Assembly: GCA_044225365.1 (NCBI GenBank)
Contig: JBGAIQ010000001.1
Location: 374,465 to 438,464, forward strand
Direction of reading: 5' to 3'
Source of the DNA: Planctomycetota bacterium
GTDB lineage: Bacteria > Planctomycetota > B15-G4 > JADJEK01
Length of the DNA: 64,000 nt
Positions 41,035-51,492 of the stretch are shown here, piece after piece. The stretch's first letter is position 1, and the number at the start of each line of letters is the position of its first letter. The translations under genes and the position numbers were made by a program. Below the pieces are notes generated by a model. The model was given only the letters and a program-made list of their open reading frames with translations. It did not search any database and had not been told where the DNA came from.

Positions 41035-41170
41035 CGGGTGAGGTCGAAAGCGCGCGCGAATTTCGCGGCTCTTCCGCGCTTCATTTCGTTCTGACTTGCC
41101 ACGGACTGCGAGCGGATCCGTACAATGGGCGCGCTGCTCCTTCGCCCAACGGGACGCTCCCATTTCCGCC

Positions 41171-43585
41171 GTGAATCCATCGATCGCTTCGAGCGCGTCG
41201 AGCCACCGCTCGCCCAGGCCGCATCGCCGCCACACCCTCGCTCTCGCGCTCTCGATCCTCGTGAGCGCCGACCTCGGTCTTGGCGAGTTCGTCCCGTGCT
41301 ACGGCGTCGCGCGCGCCGAGGATGCGCCGTCGACCGCGGTCGCGCGCGTGCCCGTGCACATCGTGAACGGCCGGCTCGTGGTCGCGTGTCAGTTGTCCGC
41401 CGGGAAGCGAATCGCGGTCAATCTGTTCCTCGACTACGACGCGAAGTGCGGGCTCATCCTGCACAATCGCGCCGCGCAAGGGATCGAGGCCGAGGCGGCC
41501 GATGGCACGCCGCACAAGATCACGATCCATCTGCCTGACCTCAACATCGAGGTCGCGCAGCGTGAACTCGGTGCCGAAGAGTTCTACGAACGCTTCACGA
41601 AGTGGTACAGCAAGGAACTCGGGGAGAACGCGATCGTCGGCACCCTGGGTTCAGCGGTCCTCTCGCGTTATCACCTGACCTTCGATCTCAACGCCGGGTT
41701 CGTCGAGTTCGAACGGATCCACCCGGCGACGGGCAAGCCGCCCGAACCCGTCGCGGGTTCCACGACCCTGCCGCTCACCGAATTCAACGACCTGGTGTGG
41801 TGTCCCGTCGGTCTCACGGGCGGACAAGGCGGCATCGGCCGAGCGATCGCGATCGCCACGTCGACCTACGACACGCTCATCGACACGCCGCTCGCCGACG
41901 AGCTCGCTCACCCTGCGGGGGACGTCGGACCGGTCCGACTCGGCGACATCGATCTGTCGAAGTACGTCGCCTTCCGCCCCGAGGCGGTCCATCAGAAGCA
42001 TCCGGATGGCGTGTTCGGCAGCATGGGGCTCAATTTCCTCGAGCACTTTCGCGTCGAGGTGGACCGCGTGAATCGGTTCGTGCGGTTCACCGAGAGCAAG
42101 CCGGCGAGCTTCCCAACGGCCGATCTCGAGTTCTTCCAGGCGCGCGCGAGCGACGATGAACACGCGCTCGCCGCGTGGGTCGAGAAGTACAAGACGGAGC
42201 GGCTCGCGCCCGAAGCCGCGCAGCTCCTACTCGATCGGCGTCTCGACTCGAACGCGCCGACGGAATCGATCCGAACGGCGCTCGAAGCGCTCGCGGCGAC
42301 GCGCCCCGCCGACCTGAAGGCCACGGGCGCACTCGAGTCGATGCAGCAGATGTCCCAGGCGGGCAAGTTCGAATGGGCGCTCGCGGCGGCGGAGCTCGGG
42401 CTCGCGCACGGACGGGAGGACCGGTATCCGGACGCCGTCCACAAGCTCCACGCTCGTATGGGTTCGATCCTCCTCGACCGCGGTGAGCGCCGCGAAGCCT
42501 GGAAGCATCTGCTCTCCGCGGCGTTCGGATTGCCCGACGACGGACCCCTCAATCTCGATCTCGGGCGCTGCTACGAGCAAGAAGGGCGCTTCTCGCGAGC
42601 CTACTCGCGCTACCTGCTCGCGTTGCTCTCGCCCGACAGCGGGCCCGCTGCGATCGAAGGACTCGAACGCGTGCAATCGAAGCTCGATGACGGCGAATCG
42701 TTCTCCGTCGACTCGATCGAACGCATGATCGAGGGAAAGATCGAGGGCTTCGGCGCCGCGACGAAGTTCCAGCCCGAGGACGGCAAGCCACCGACGCGTG
42801 CCGTGCTCGTCGAGTACTACACCAACGCGAACTTCGAGGGCGAAGCGGGCGTCGTGCTGGCGCGCGATGGTCTCCGCGATCACTTCGGTGATTCGAATGC
42901 CGTGCTCATCACATACGACGTCGAGAAGCCCGCGCTCGATCCCCTGATGAATCCGTTCTCGACCTTCATGTTCGAGACCTATGCCGGCAAGGACCTCGCC
43001 CATGTCGCCGACGGTACCCGCGGCCTGCCCGTCGGAGCGCGCACGCGTTTCAAGCAGCAGGTCTTCGACTCCTGTCGCGGCACGATCGAGGGGCGTCTCG
43101 GCGAACCGGGCAATTTCGTGTTCGCGATGCAGGCGCATGCCGATGCGAAAGGGATCCGCGGCCAGGTCACACTGAAGCCGATCGCCACGAGTCCCATCGA
43201 CCCTTCGGAAGCGCACGATCTCGTCGTGCAGGTGTTGCTGGTCGAGCGCGGCGTCCTGTATCCGGGCAAGAGCAAGGTCGTGGTGCATCGCAACGTCGCC
43301 CGCGCCGCATTGACGAGTTCGATGGAGGGCGTCGCGTACGATCCGGCGACGGCCAAGGAAGGAACCACGACGATCGAGTTCGATCGCGACTTCGCGTCGA
43401 TCGTCGCCGCGAACAACGCCTATCTCGACGACCTCGCCAAGAAGGGCAAGGGCCAGACCTCGCGTCTCGCCGTGCGAATCGATCCGCGCCAAGTGAGGGT
43501 CGTGGCGATCCTGCGTCGCGTGACGGACGGCGAAGTATTCGCGGCGGCGCAGCTCGACCCCGATCTCGACGAGGCACTGCGATGA
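41171..43585 (+). CDS. Exported multidomain protein: two retropepsin-like domains, TPR region, thioredoxin-like/Omp28-like C-terminus
   Basis: NLFLDYDA..VGTLGSAVLSRYHLTFD and FGSMGLNFLEHFRVEVD (aspartyl-protease-like), TPR-like LNLDLGRCYEQEGRFSRA, AVLVEYYT..VLITYD and VHRNVARA. Start uncertain (ORF from 41096). Confidence 0.75.
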   Translation: MNPSIASSASSHRSPRPHRRHTLALALSILVSADLGLGEFVPCYGVARAEDAPSTAVARVPVHIVNGRLVVACQLSAGKRIAVNLFLDYDAKCGLILHNRAAQGIEAEAADGTPHKITIHLPDLNIEVAQRELGAEEFYERFTKWYSKELGENAIVGTLGSAVLSRYHLTFDLNAGFVEFERIHPATGKPPEPVAGSTTLPLTEFNDLVWCPVGLTGGQGGIGRAIAIATSTYDTLIDTPLADELAHPAGDVGPVRLGDIDLSKYVAFRPEAVHQKHPDGVFGSMGLNFLEHFRVEVDRVNRFVRFTESKPASFPTADLEFFQARASDDEHALAAWVEKYKTERLAPEAAQLLLDRRLDSNAPTESIRTALEALAATRPADLKATGALESMQQMSQAGKFEWALAAAELGLAHGREDRYPDAVHKLHARMGSILLDRGERREAWKHLLSAAFGLPDDGPLNLDLGRCYEQEGRFSRAYSRYLLALLSPDSGPAAIEGLERVQSKLDDGESFSVDSIERMIEGKIEGFGAATKFQPEDGKPPTRAVLVEYYTNANFEGEAGVVLARDGLRDHFGDSNAVLITYDVEKPALDPLMNPFSTFMFETYAGKDLAHVADGTRGLPVGARTRFKQQVFDSCRGTIEGRLGEPGNFVFAMQAHADAKGIRGQVTLKPIATSPIDPSEAHDLVVQVLLVERGVLYPGKSKVVVHRNVARAALTSSMEGVAYDPATAKEGTTTIEFDRDFASIVAANNAYLDDLAKKGKGQTSRLAVRIDPRQVRVVAILRRVTDGEVFAAAQLDPDLDEALR

Positions 43586-45093
43586 CGAACGACGTCCTCC
43601 TGCGCGCGGAGCTCGATCGGATCGGCGCCAAGATCGCGTCGTCGCTGCAGCGGGCTCGAATACGCGAAGCCGCGGCCGCTCGACTTCGAGCGACCGCGCC
43701 GTGGCTCGTGATCGCTCCGGCCGTCGCGGTCGTGATCGCGTCGTTCGGGCGACTCGTCGATCCCCGCATCGGGGTCGACCTCCTCTGGATCGCCGTGTTC
43801 GCGATCGCTCCGACGCTCGTCCTCACGTTGCTCGCGGTCTTCGAAGTGGCTCTGCGGCTCACGCACGGCAGCGAAGGTCTCGCGCGACTCGATCACGATC
43901 TTCGACTCGAGGGTCGGCTCAGGGCGGCTCACGATTTCCTCTCTCGCGCGGAAACGAGTTCGTTCCAACGCGCGGCGATCGAGGACGCGGTTCCCCATCT
44001 CGCGAGGGCCGCAGCCTACGAAGTCCCGACGACACGAGTGGAGTGGCCGATCGGTCGACTCCTTTCGTGCTCCGCGCTCGCGGTGGTGCTCGGCGTGCTC
44101 GCGGCATTCCTTGCTCCCACTGAGGGTGGGAGCGCCGAGACCGTGGGGGCTCGACGCGATCCGTTCGTCGCGGCGAGCCCGACGGCGCAGCGGCGCGACG
44201 CTCCCGCGCGCGAACGGGGCCCGACCGATTCGAAGAAGCCGGAACCGGAACGCACGAAATCGCCCGGCGCGGAGACGAAGACGAGCGCCGCGAAGGCCGC
44301 GCCTTCGCTCGACTCCAAGGCGCGCGAGAGCGAGGGCAAGACCGGGGAAGGCATTTCCGCGAATGCGACGCCGACGAACGCCGCATCGAATTCGCGGGGC
44401 TTCACCTCGTCCCAGACACCGCCCTCCGACAAGACCGAGAAGACCGAAGGCAAACCGAAGAAGGTGAAGCCGAAGAAGCCGGAGAAGGAAGTCCCAACGG
44501 TCAAGAAGAAGCTCGATTCGTCGGGCGCCACGGCGGGCAAGGGGACCGGCGCGGGCTCGAGCAAGAATCCGGGCTCCACCGAATGGGAGAGCAAGGATCA
44601 GACGACCTCCGACGAAGAGGATCCCCTCACGGAGGACGAGGAAGTGAACGACGAGGACGACGAATCGGAGGCGCGCGGCGGTCTGCAGCCGAGCCTGCGC
44701 GATCGTCGACCGGCGACGAATCGCGACCTCCTCATCGGATTCGGCAATCAGCCGAATCCCGACGCCAACGGACGGGGCGGCCCCTCCGAGCAGAAGAAAT
44801 CGCGCGGTGTCGCTTCGCTCGTCCTCGGCGTGCCGATCCCCGATCACGTGAAGGGCCAACCGAATCCGGGCCGCACGAAGATCACTCAGGAGCGCGTGCT
44901 GCCGGAACCGGACACAGTCGCTCCCCTCGCGGCGGAGTCGCGCCCACCTCGCTCGTCTCCCGTCGCCGCTCGCGACGAAGGCGCGCTTCCCGCGGAGCCG
45001 TGGCTCCATACCCTCGTGAAGAACTACTTCCTCGCGGCCCGCGCCGTCGGCGCCGCGTCCGAATCCTCCGCTTCGAAAGCCAAGGGACCATGA
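43582..45093 (+). CDS. Membrane-anchored protein with long low-complexity linker (MoxR-operon associated)
   Basis: Three TM segments, LDHDLRLEGRL, K/E/P/S-rich linker, C-terminal LVKNYF; ATGA-coupled on both sides. Confidence 0.8.
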   Translation: MTNDVLLRAELDRIGAKIASSLQRARIREAAAARLRATAPWLVIAPAVAVVIASFGRLVDPRIGVDLLWIAVFAIAPTLVLTLLAVFEVALRLTHGSEGLARLDHDLRLEGRLRAAHDFLSRAETSSFQRAAIEDAVPHLARAAAYEVPTTRVEWPIGRLLSCSALAVVLGVLAAFLAPTEGGSAETVGARRDPFVAASPTAQRRDAPARERGPTDSKKPEPERTKSPGAETKTSAAKAAPSLDSKARESEGKTGEGISANATPTNAASNSRGFTSSQTPPSDKTEKTEGKPKKVKPKKPEKEVPTVKKKLDSSGATAGKGTGAGSSKNPGSTEWESKDQTTSDEEDPLTEDEEVNDEDDESEARGGLQPSLRDRRPATNRDLLIGFGNQPNPDANGRGGPSEQKKSRGVASLVLGVPIPDHVKGQPNPGRTKITQERVLPEPDTVAPLAAESRPPRSSPVAARDEGALPAEPWLHTLVKNYFLAARAVGAASESSASKAKGP

Positions 45094-46124
45094 GCAGCGA
45101 GAATCCCGCCTCCGTCGCGTCCGCCGACCCCTCCGTGGCGCGCGAGCAAGCCGATCGCTTCGTATCGGTGCATCAGAAGATTCGCGCCGAGGTCGGCCGT
45201 GCGATGGTGGGTCAGGACGAGGTCGTCGATGGCGTGCTCGCGGCGCTCTTCGCGGGCGGACACGTCCTACTCGAAGGCGTCCCCGGCCTCGGCAAGACGC
45301 TCCTCGTCCGCACGCTCGGACAAGCCGTCGATCTCCAGTTCTCGCGCATCCAGTTCACGCCGGACATGATGCCCGCGGACATCCAGGGCACGATGGTGCT
45401 GATCGAGAGCGAAGGGGGAGCGCATCGCCTCGAATTCCAGGAGGGCCCGCTCGTCGCGAATCTCGTACTCGCGGACGAGATCAACCGTGCGACGCCGAAG
45501 ACGCAGTCGGCGCTCCTCGAAGCCATGCAGGAGAAGCAAATCACGGTGGGCAAGCGGACGATCCGACTCACCGAACCGTTCTGCGTGATGGCGACGCAGA
45601 ATCCCGTGGAGCAGGAAGGCACTTACCCGCTGCCCGAAGCGCAGCTCGATCGCTTCTTGTTCAAGGTACTCGTCGGATATCCGCGCGAGGCCGAGTACGC
45701 CGAGATCCTTCGCCGCACGACGGGGCGTACCGACGCAGAGGTCGCCAAGGTCTCGAACGGCGCCGAGATCGTCGAACTTCGCCGCATCGTCCGCGCGGTG
45801 CCGGTCCCCGAACACGCCGAGACCTATGCCGTCCGCCTCGTGATGGGCACCCAGCCGAAGAGCGGGTACTCGAGCAAGCTCGTCGACGACATGGTCGCGC
45901 TCGGCTCGTCACCGCGCGGCGCGCAGGCGCTGCTGCTCGGCGCCAAGGTGAAGGCCCTACTAGCGCGGCGCTTCTCCGTCGCGATCGAGGACATCGCCGC
46001 CGTGGCGCCCGCCGTGCTCCGCCATCGCGTCATGGTGAACTTCCGTGCTCACGCGGAGAACGTGTCCGTCGAGGACGTCGTGAAGGATGTGTTGAAGACG
46101 GTCGTCGCACCCCGCGGAGCGTGA
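45090..46124 (+). CDS. moxR: MoxR-family AAA+ ATPase
   Basis: GHVLLEGVPGLGKT, RIQFTPDMMPADI, LADEINRATPKTQSALLEAMQE, ATQNPVEQEGTYPLPEAQLDRF, SPR, LRHR. Confidence 0.96.
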   Translation: MSSENPASVASADPSVAREQADRFVSVHQKIRAEVGRAMVGQDEVVDGVLAALFAGGHVLLEGVPGLGKTLLVRTLGQAVDLQFSRIQFTPDMMPADIQGTMVLIESEGGAHRLEFQEGPLVANLVLADEINRATPKTQSALLEAMQEKQITVGKRTIRLTEPFCVMATQNPVEQEGTYPLPEAQLDRFLFKVLVGYPREAEYAEILRRTTGRTDAEVAKVSNGAEIVELRRIVRAVPVPEHAETYAVRLVMGTQPKSGYSSKLVDDMVALGSSPRGAQALLLGAKVKALLARRFSVAIEDIAAVAPAVLRHRVMVNFRAHAENVSVEDVVKDVLKTVVAPRGA

Positions 46125-46172
46125 GCGCGTCCCGGCTCCGGTATCGACCTTCCTCCTTCCGCGAAGCGAGAC

Positions 46173-47087
46173 ATGGGAAAACCCATCGCCAGAACCGACC
46201 TTTGCGACGCAGCGTTCCTCGCGGCGCTCGATCGCTTGCGAATCGTTGCCAAACGCGTCGCCCCGCGCGGCCGATTCGCGGAGCAGCGATCGGCCGACAA
46301 GGGTGCGGGCATCGAGTTCAAGGACTATCGACCGTACGTCGCGGGTGACGACCTGCGAGCGATCGACTGGAACGTGTATCGCCGGCTCGGCCGCGTGTTC
46401 GTCCGTCTCTTCGAGGAGCTCGAGGACCTTCCGCTCTATCTGCTGCCGGACGTCTCGCGCAGCGCCTTCTTCGAGACCGCGACGGAAAAGCCGCGAGTGA
46501 TCGCCGGGTTGCGCGCCGCCCTCGGGTTCGCGGCGGTGAGTCTCGGGCAGCACGATCGCGTCGGCGTGTTCCCCTTCGCCGACGACCTGCGCGTCCTCGT
46601 GCGCCCGTCGGGCGGGAAGGGCCGCATCCTCTCGCTCGCGGAACGCGTTGCTTCGCTCGTCGAGAGTGGGCCCAATCGGCCGACCGACATCGAACGATCG
46701 CTCGCCACCTTCCAGAGCTTGCGACTTCGCGAAGGACTCGTCGTCCTGCTGTCGGACTTCTTCGATCCGCGCGGTCTCGACGTCGTGACGCGCGCGATCT
46801 CGAGACTGCGTCATCGCGTGCTGCTGGTGCGCCTCGTGCGCACGAGCGACGCCGAACCGACGCTGCGGGGTGATCTGCGACTCGTCGACTGCGAGAGCCG
46901 TTTGGCGGCCGATGTCTCGATCACCGATGCGCTCCTGCAGCGGTACCGAGCCGCCCATCAGCGATTTCGCGATGGACTCGCGACGTTCGCCGTCGCGCAC
47001 GGATTCGGACTCGTCGAACTCGACGTCGATCGCGACGTGCTCCCGCAACTCGAACGATTGTTCGCGCACGGAGCGTTCGTCGCATGA
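46173..47087 (+). CDS. DUF58 (VWA-like) protein
   Basis: GIEFKDYRPYVAGDDLRAIDWN, DVSRS, VVLLSDFFD. Confidence 0.93.
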   Translation: MGKPIARTDLCDAAFLAALDRLRIVAKRVAPRGRFAEQRSADKGAGIEFKDYRPYVAGDDLRAIDWNVYRRLGRVFVRLFEELEDLPLYLLPDVSRSAFFETATEKPRVIAGLRAALGFAAVSLGQHDRVGVFPFADDLRVLVRPSGGKGRILSLAERVASLVESGPNRPTDIERSLATFQSLRLREGLVVLLSDFFDPRGLDVVTRAISRLRHRVLLVRLVRTSDAEPTLRGDLRLVDCESRLAADVSITDALLQRYRAAHQRFRDGLATFAVAHGFGLVELDVDRDVLPQLERLFAHGAFVA

Positions 47088-48925
47088 GATTCACGTTCTT
47101 CTCGCCCGTCACCTTCGCGCTCGGGGCCGCGGTGATCGCGGGAATGCTCTTCCTGCTCCAGCGCCTGCGAGTGCGGTTCGCCGAACTCGAGGTGGTCACC
47201 ACGTTGTTCTGGCGCGAAGCGATCGAGGAGACGCGCGCCCGCGTCTTCGTGCAGCGTTTCCGTCATCCGCTCGCGTATGCCCTGTTCCTGCTGATCGCGA
47301 TACTCTTGTGGTTCGCCGCGGCGGGACCCGTGCGATCGAGCGCGGGCGACGGCCGATACGTGCTGCTGCTCGACGCATCGGCAGGGATGGCGAGGAGTGG
47401 TCGTTTCGCTCGAGCGATCGAGGTCCTGAAGAGGCGCGCGGCCGAACTGCCGCGAAGCACCACGAGCGTGTTCGTTGCGAACTCGCGACTGACGACGGTC
47501 CTCGAGCCGGACGAGCCGCTCCAGATCCTCGGCAGGCGCCTGTTGGATCGATCGCCCGAGAGCTGTCCGTCCACGCTCGAATCCGCGATCCTCGCGATCG
47601 CAGAATCCGAGCCATCGCCCGCATCGACGCCATCGACGACCGGCTCGGACGAGGAGCCTGGGAATGCGCTCACGATCGAGATCGTCGGCGACGGGCCCGT
47701 CGCCGAGTCGGTCGCGAAGATCGCGTCGAGCCGAAACCGACGAGTCTTTGTCGCGCGGGTCGATCTCGACGATCCGTCGACCGTGGCAATGGCGAATGCG
47801 GGGATCATTGCGCTGGGTGTCTCGGAGAGTCTCTCCGGCGCCGCCGATCGAGTGGATCTGTATCTCGAGGTCGCGGGCGTCGATCCCGGTGCACGGGCTC
47901 CGGTCGCGGTCGAAGTCGATGGCCGCCCGATCGCGAGCGATCTCATCGGCCTTCCCGCGCGTGCGTCGGTCACCGACCCTGCGAGGCGCCGCTTCGTCGT
48001 TCGTGATCTACCGGCTCGCGGCGGCACGGTCGAGGCCTATCTCTCGAGTGCGACTCCCGACGGTCTCGCACTCGACGATCGTGCGAAGCTCGTGTTGCCG
48101 AATCGACCGCCGCTGCGGGTCGCCCTCCTCGCGTTGCCGGGGGATGCAGCGACGGCCATCGGGAGCGCGCTTGCGGCGGACACCGGGATCGAAGTCGTGA
48201 CGGATGCGCCCGACGTCGTCGTACGACGCAAGGGCGACGGCGGATTCCCCGGCACGCCGGCGCTCGAACTCGACGAAGCGATGACGGGCCCTGCGTTCGT
48301 CGTCGGCATCGAGCGGGGCGAAGCGCAGGACGTCCTCGCCGATTCGTTCGAGCGACTGGGCCTTCGCGACATCGACGCCGTCGCGCTCGCGACCGCGGCC
48401 CAACGTCCGATCGAGCTCTCCGTCGAGACCGCGGTGGAGCATCGCTCGGTGACGATCTGGAGCGATCTCCTCGCGGCGACGCACGATTTCACGGCTTCAC
48501 GCGCGTTCCCGCGATTCGTCGCCCGAGCGATGCGATTCCTCGCGGCGCGGCCACCGCTCGTGCGAGGCGTCGCCGCCGGGCGGCGTCTCGACGTCGAGGA
48601 CGATGGTCCGACGTCTCTCACGTTCGACGGACGATCGCCCTTCGATGGCGTCGGTGCGGCTTTCCGCGTACCGATCGCGGGTCCGCTCACCGATTCGCGA
48701 AACCAGCGAATGCATGCTTCGCTCCTGGATCTCGCGACGACGGCAGGGCCCGTCGAGGCGAAAGACGCGAAGAAGGATCCCGGAGCGGTCGGAGAAGGAG
48801 CGGCGGGAAATGGAATCGCGACGGCCGGGCTCGGTCGTGATTCGATCCTGACGATCGCGATCCTTCTCGCGCTTCTGCTGCTCGCGGCGGAATGGGTCCT
48901 CACGCGCAGGGAGGCGATCCCGTGA
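47084..48925 (+). CDS. BatA-type N-terminal domain / VWA-like membrane protein
   Basis: N-terminal double TM with TLFWRE, LLLDASAGM, DGLALDD, C-terminal TM ending AEW. Confidence 0.85.
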   Translation: MRFTFFSPVTFALGAAVIAGMLFLLQRLRVRFAELEVVTTLFWREAIEETRARVFVQRFRHPLAYALFLLIAILLWFAAAGPVRSSAGDGRYVLLLDASAGMARSGRFARAIEVLKRRAAELPRSTTSVFVANSRLTTVLEPDEPLQILGRRLLDRSPESCPSTLESAILAIAESEPSPASTPSTTGSDEEPGNALTIEIVGDGPVAESVAKIASSRNRRVFVARVDLDDPSTVAMANAGIIALGVSESLSGAADRVDLYLEVAGVDPGARAPVAVEVDGRPIASDLIGLPARASVTDPARRRFVVRDLPARGGTVEAYLSSATPDGLALDDRAKLVLPNRPPLRVALLALPGDAATAIGSALAADTGIEVVTDAPDVVVRRKGDGGFPGTPALELDEAMTGPAFVVGIERGEAQDVLADSFERLGLRDIDAVALATAAQRPIELSVETAVEHRSVTIWSDLLAATHDFTASRAFPRFVARAMRFLAARPPLVRGVAAGRRLDVEDDGPTSLTFDGRSPFDGVGAAFRVPIAGPLTDSRNQRMHASLLDLATTAGPVEAKDAKKDPGAVGEGAAGNGIATAGLGRDSILTIAILLALLLLAAEWVLTRREAIP

Positions 48926-51492
48926 ACTTCACCTGGCTCGCCCCCGGATGGCTCTTCCTGCTCCTGGCGTTGCCGCTCGTCCCGCTCGTTCGGGCTCGGG
49001 TCACAGTGCCGTTCCATGCGCTCTTGCGCGCCGTCGTCCTGCTCCTCGTCATCGCCGCGCTCGCCCGTCCCGCCTACTTCGGGAAGGATGAGCGCCATCG
49101 CGCGGTGTTCATCGTCGACGTCTCGCCGAGCGCGGAGATCGAGAGCGATGTTTCGGGGAGCGGGATCGAAGCGAAGGTCCTGGCAGCGTGCGATCGTCTC
49201 CGGAAGGACTCGAGGGACGCGATCGCGTCTCTCGTCGTGGTCGGAGGCGGTGCGCGGGCCGCGGCTCTTGGCGAAGGTGCGAGGTCGCATTTCGATTCCG
49301 TGGCGGTCCTCGCGGTGCAGGCCACCCGCTCGTCCGGTCTCGCGGCTGCGCTCGAAGCGGCGGCTCGTTGCATCCCCGAAGGCGCGCCCGGGTCGATCAC
49401 GCTCCTCACGGATGGCCTTGCCACCGATCGCCACCACGGAGACGTGCTCGTCGGACTCGAGGCGCGGGGCATCCCGGTCCATGTCGTGCCGCTCCCTGCG
49501 ACGCGTCACGCTCCCGTCATCGCGTCGATCTCGACTCAAGAAGCGCTACGCGTCGGCGCGGAGGGGGAAATCGTCGTCGACGTCGTGGGGCAGGGCGAAC
49601 TCGTTCAGGTGGGACTCACGGTCGACGGAGTGGAGATCGGTGTCGAGGGCGCTCGCATCGCGGACGATCGCGGCGTGGCGCGCTTCCGCTACGAACCGAA
49701 GACCCCCGGGTTCGGGCGAGTGCGTGCCCGCATCGTCGCCTCCGAAGGGGTGAACGGACGCCAGGATCCGCCCCCGCCGCCACTGGATTCGTTGCTCGCC
49801 GTGCAGCCGCCCATGCGCATGCTCTACCTCGGAGATCGCATCGATGGCGCGAAGGAGAAGCTCGGCGAACTCGTGGGAGGGGGCATCGTATTCGACGCCT
49901 GGCGACCCTCCGACAACGTCGCGTTCCCCGACCTCGCCCGTTACGACGGCGTCGTGCTCGACGACATGCCGGCGAAGATCCTGGGGTCCGAAGCGCAGCG
50001 TGCGATCACGAACGCGGTGACGGAGCGTGGCCTCGGGTTGTTCGCGAGCGGCGGCGAAGCGGCGTTCGGTCCCGGCGGGTATCACGACTCGGAGATCGCG
50101 AAGATCCTCCCCGTGTCCGCGCAGCAGAAGGAAGAGAAGCGCGACCCGAGCACCACTCTCGTGCTGGTCGTCGACACCTCGGGATCGATGACCGGCGAGC
50201 GAATCCAACTCGCGAAGGAAGTCGCGCGCCTCGCGATGTCCCGCCTCCTGCCGCACGACAAGGTGGGCATCGTCGAGTTCTACGGGGCGAAGCGTTGGGC
50301 CGCGCCGATCCAGCCGGCGTCGAACACGATCGACCTGTCGCGTGCGATCAACCGTATGGACGCCGGCGGCGGCACGGTGATCCTCCCTGCGATCGAGGAA
50401 GCGTTCTACGCGATGCAGAACGTGCAGACGCGATACAAGCACGTCCTCGTGCTCACCGACGGTGGCGTCGAGAACGGCGCGTTCGAGCCGCTGCTGCGCC
50501 GGATGGCCGACGAAGGGATCACCACCTCGACCGTGCTCATCGGGCCCGAGGCGAACAGCGAGTTCCTCGTCGACCTCGCGAACTGGGGCAAGGGCAGGTT
50601 CTACAGCGTCCCCGACCGATTCAATCTGCCGGAGATCCTGTTCAAGCAGCCGACGAGTTCGCGCCTTCCGGCCTACAAGCCGGGATCGTTCGCCGTGACC
50701 GCGCACGGCGGCCCGGGCTTCTTCGGCGCCGTCGATCGCAGTGCGATCCCGAACATCGCCGGTTACGCCGACACCGCCGCGCGCCCCGGCGCCGAAGTAT
50801 TGCTCGAAGCCGAGAGCGAGCATGCGCCGCTGCTCGCGACCTGGCAGTTCGGACTCGGACGCGTCACCGCGTTCATGACCGAGCCCGTCGGACCGGGCAC
50901 CGCGCCATGGCGCGACTTCCCAGGATACGGTGCCCTGCTCCGCCGCATCCTCGAGCGAACGGCGGGTGACGGCGGCTTGCCCTTCGACTTCATGCTCCAG
51001 CGCGACGGGGCCGTCGTCGAGGTCGTCGCGACGCGTCGTATCCGCGCCGAGATCGAACCTGCCGCGCAGCGCGTCGACGAGCGAGGCACCGCGCTCGCGG
51101 AGCTCACGTTCGAGGAGCGCGCGGACGGACGATTCGTCGCCGATGCGCTCGTACCTTCGGACGAGGACATCCGCCTCGTGGGCGGTGCGCGAAAGAGTGG
51201 GGGCGGGATCGATGGAGACGCAGGTCTCGTCTACCGTGCGCTCCACGCGCATGCCGACGAGCGCGACGAACTGGCCGTCGCCAGGAGCGAGGGCCTCGAT
51301 CTGCCCCATCTCGCGAGGGCGACGCAGGGCGACCTGGTGGCCTTCGATCGACTCGGAGGGTTCGCACCGCGACCTTCGAGCGGAGGCGGCGAGCGACTCG
51401 TCGAGCTCGCTCCCTCGTTCCTCGTCCTCGGCCTCCTGCTCTATCTCTTCGAACTCTTCCACCGCAGACGATCCTCGGGAGGCGCCGCATGA
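48922..51492 (+). CDS. VWA-domain membrane protein with glutamine-amidotransferase-like middle domain
   Basis: VDVSPS and LLTDG; YDGVVLDD..GGEAAFGPGGY..LPV; second VWA with MIDAS VDTSGSM, GGGT, LTDG, GKGRFY; C-terminal TM. Confidence 0.9.
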   Translation: MNFTWLAPGWLFLLLALPLVPLVRARVTVPFHALLRAVVLLLVIAALARPAYFGKDERHRAVFIVDVSPSAEIESDVSGSGIEAKVLAACDRLRKDSRDAIASLVVVGGGARAAALGEGARSHFDSVAVLAVQATRSSGLAAALEAAARCIPEGAPGSITLLTDGLATDRHHGDVLVGLEARGIPVHVVPLPATRHAPVIASISTQEALRVGAEGEIVVDVVGQGELVQVGLTVDGVEIGVEGARIADDRGVARFRYEPKTPGFGRVRARIVASEGVNGRQDPPPPPLDSLLAVQPPMRMLYLGDRIDGAKEKLGELVGGGIVFDAWRPSDNVAFPDLARYDGVVLDDMPAKILGSEAQRAITNAVTERGLGLFASGGEAAFGPGGYHDSEIAKILPVSAQQKEEKRDPSTTLVLVVDTSGSMTGERIQLAKEVARLAMSRLLPHDKVGIVEFYGAKRWAAPIQPASNTIDLSRAINRMDAGGGTVILPAIEEAFYAMQNVQTRYKHVLVLTDGGVENGAFEPLLRRMADEGITTSTVLIGPEANSEFLVDLANWGKGRFYSVPDRFNLPEILFKQPTSSRLPAYKPGSFAVTAHGGPGFFGAVDRSAIPNIAGYADTAARPGAEVLLEAESEHAPLLATWQFGLGRVTAFMTEPVGPGTAPWRDFPGYGALLRRILERTAGDGGLPFDFMLQRDGAVVEVVATRRIRAEIEPAAQRVDERGTALAELTFEERADGRFVADALVPSDEDIRLVGGARKSGGGIDGDAGLVYRALHAHADERDELAVARSEGLDLPHLARATQGDLVAFDRLGGFAPRPSSGGGERLVELAPSFLVLGLLLYLFELFHRRRSSGGAA

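Noticed and set aside
40761-41180. Minus-strand 139-aa ORF with a protein-like C-terminus (possible gene fragment)
   Set aside because: Overlaps the 3' end of the 39721 gene and includes the heptamer repeat; the coding signal is better explained by the + strand read-through frame.
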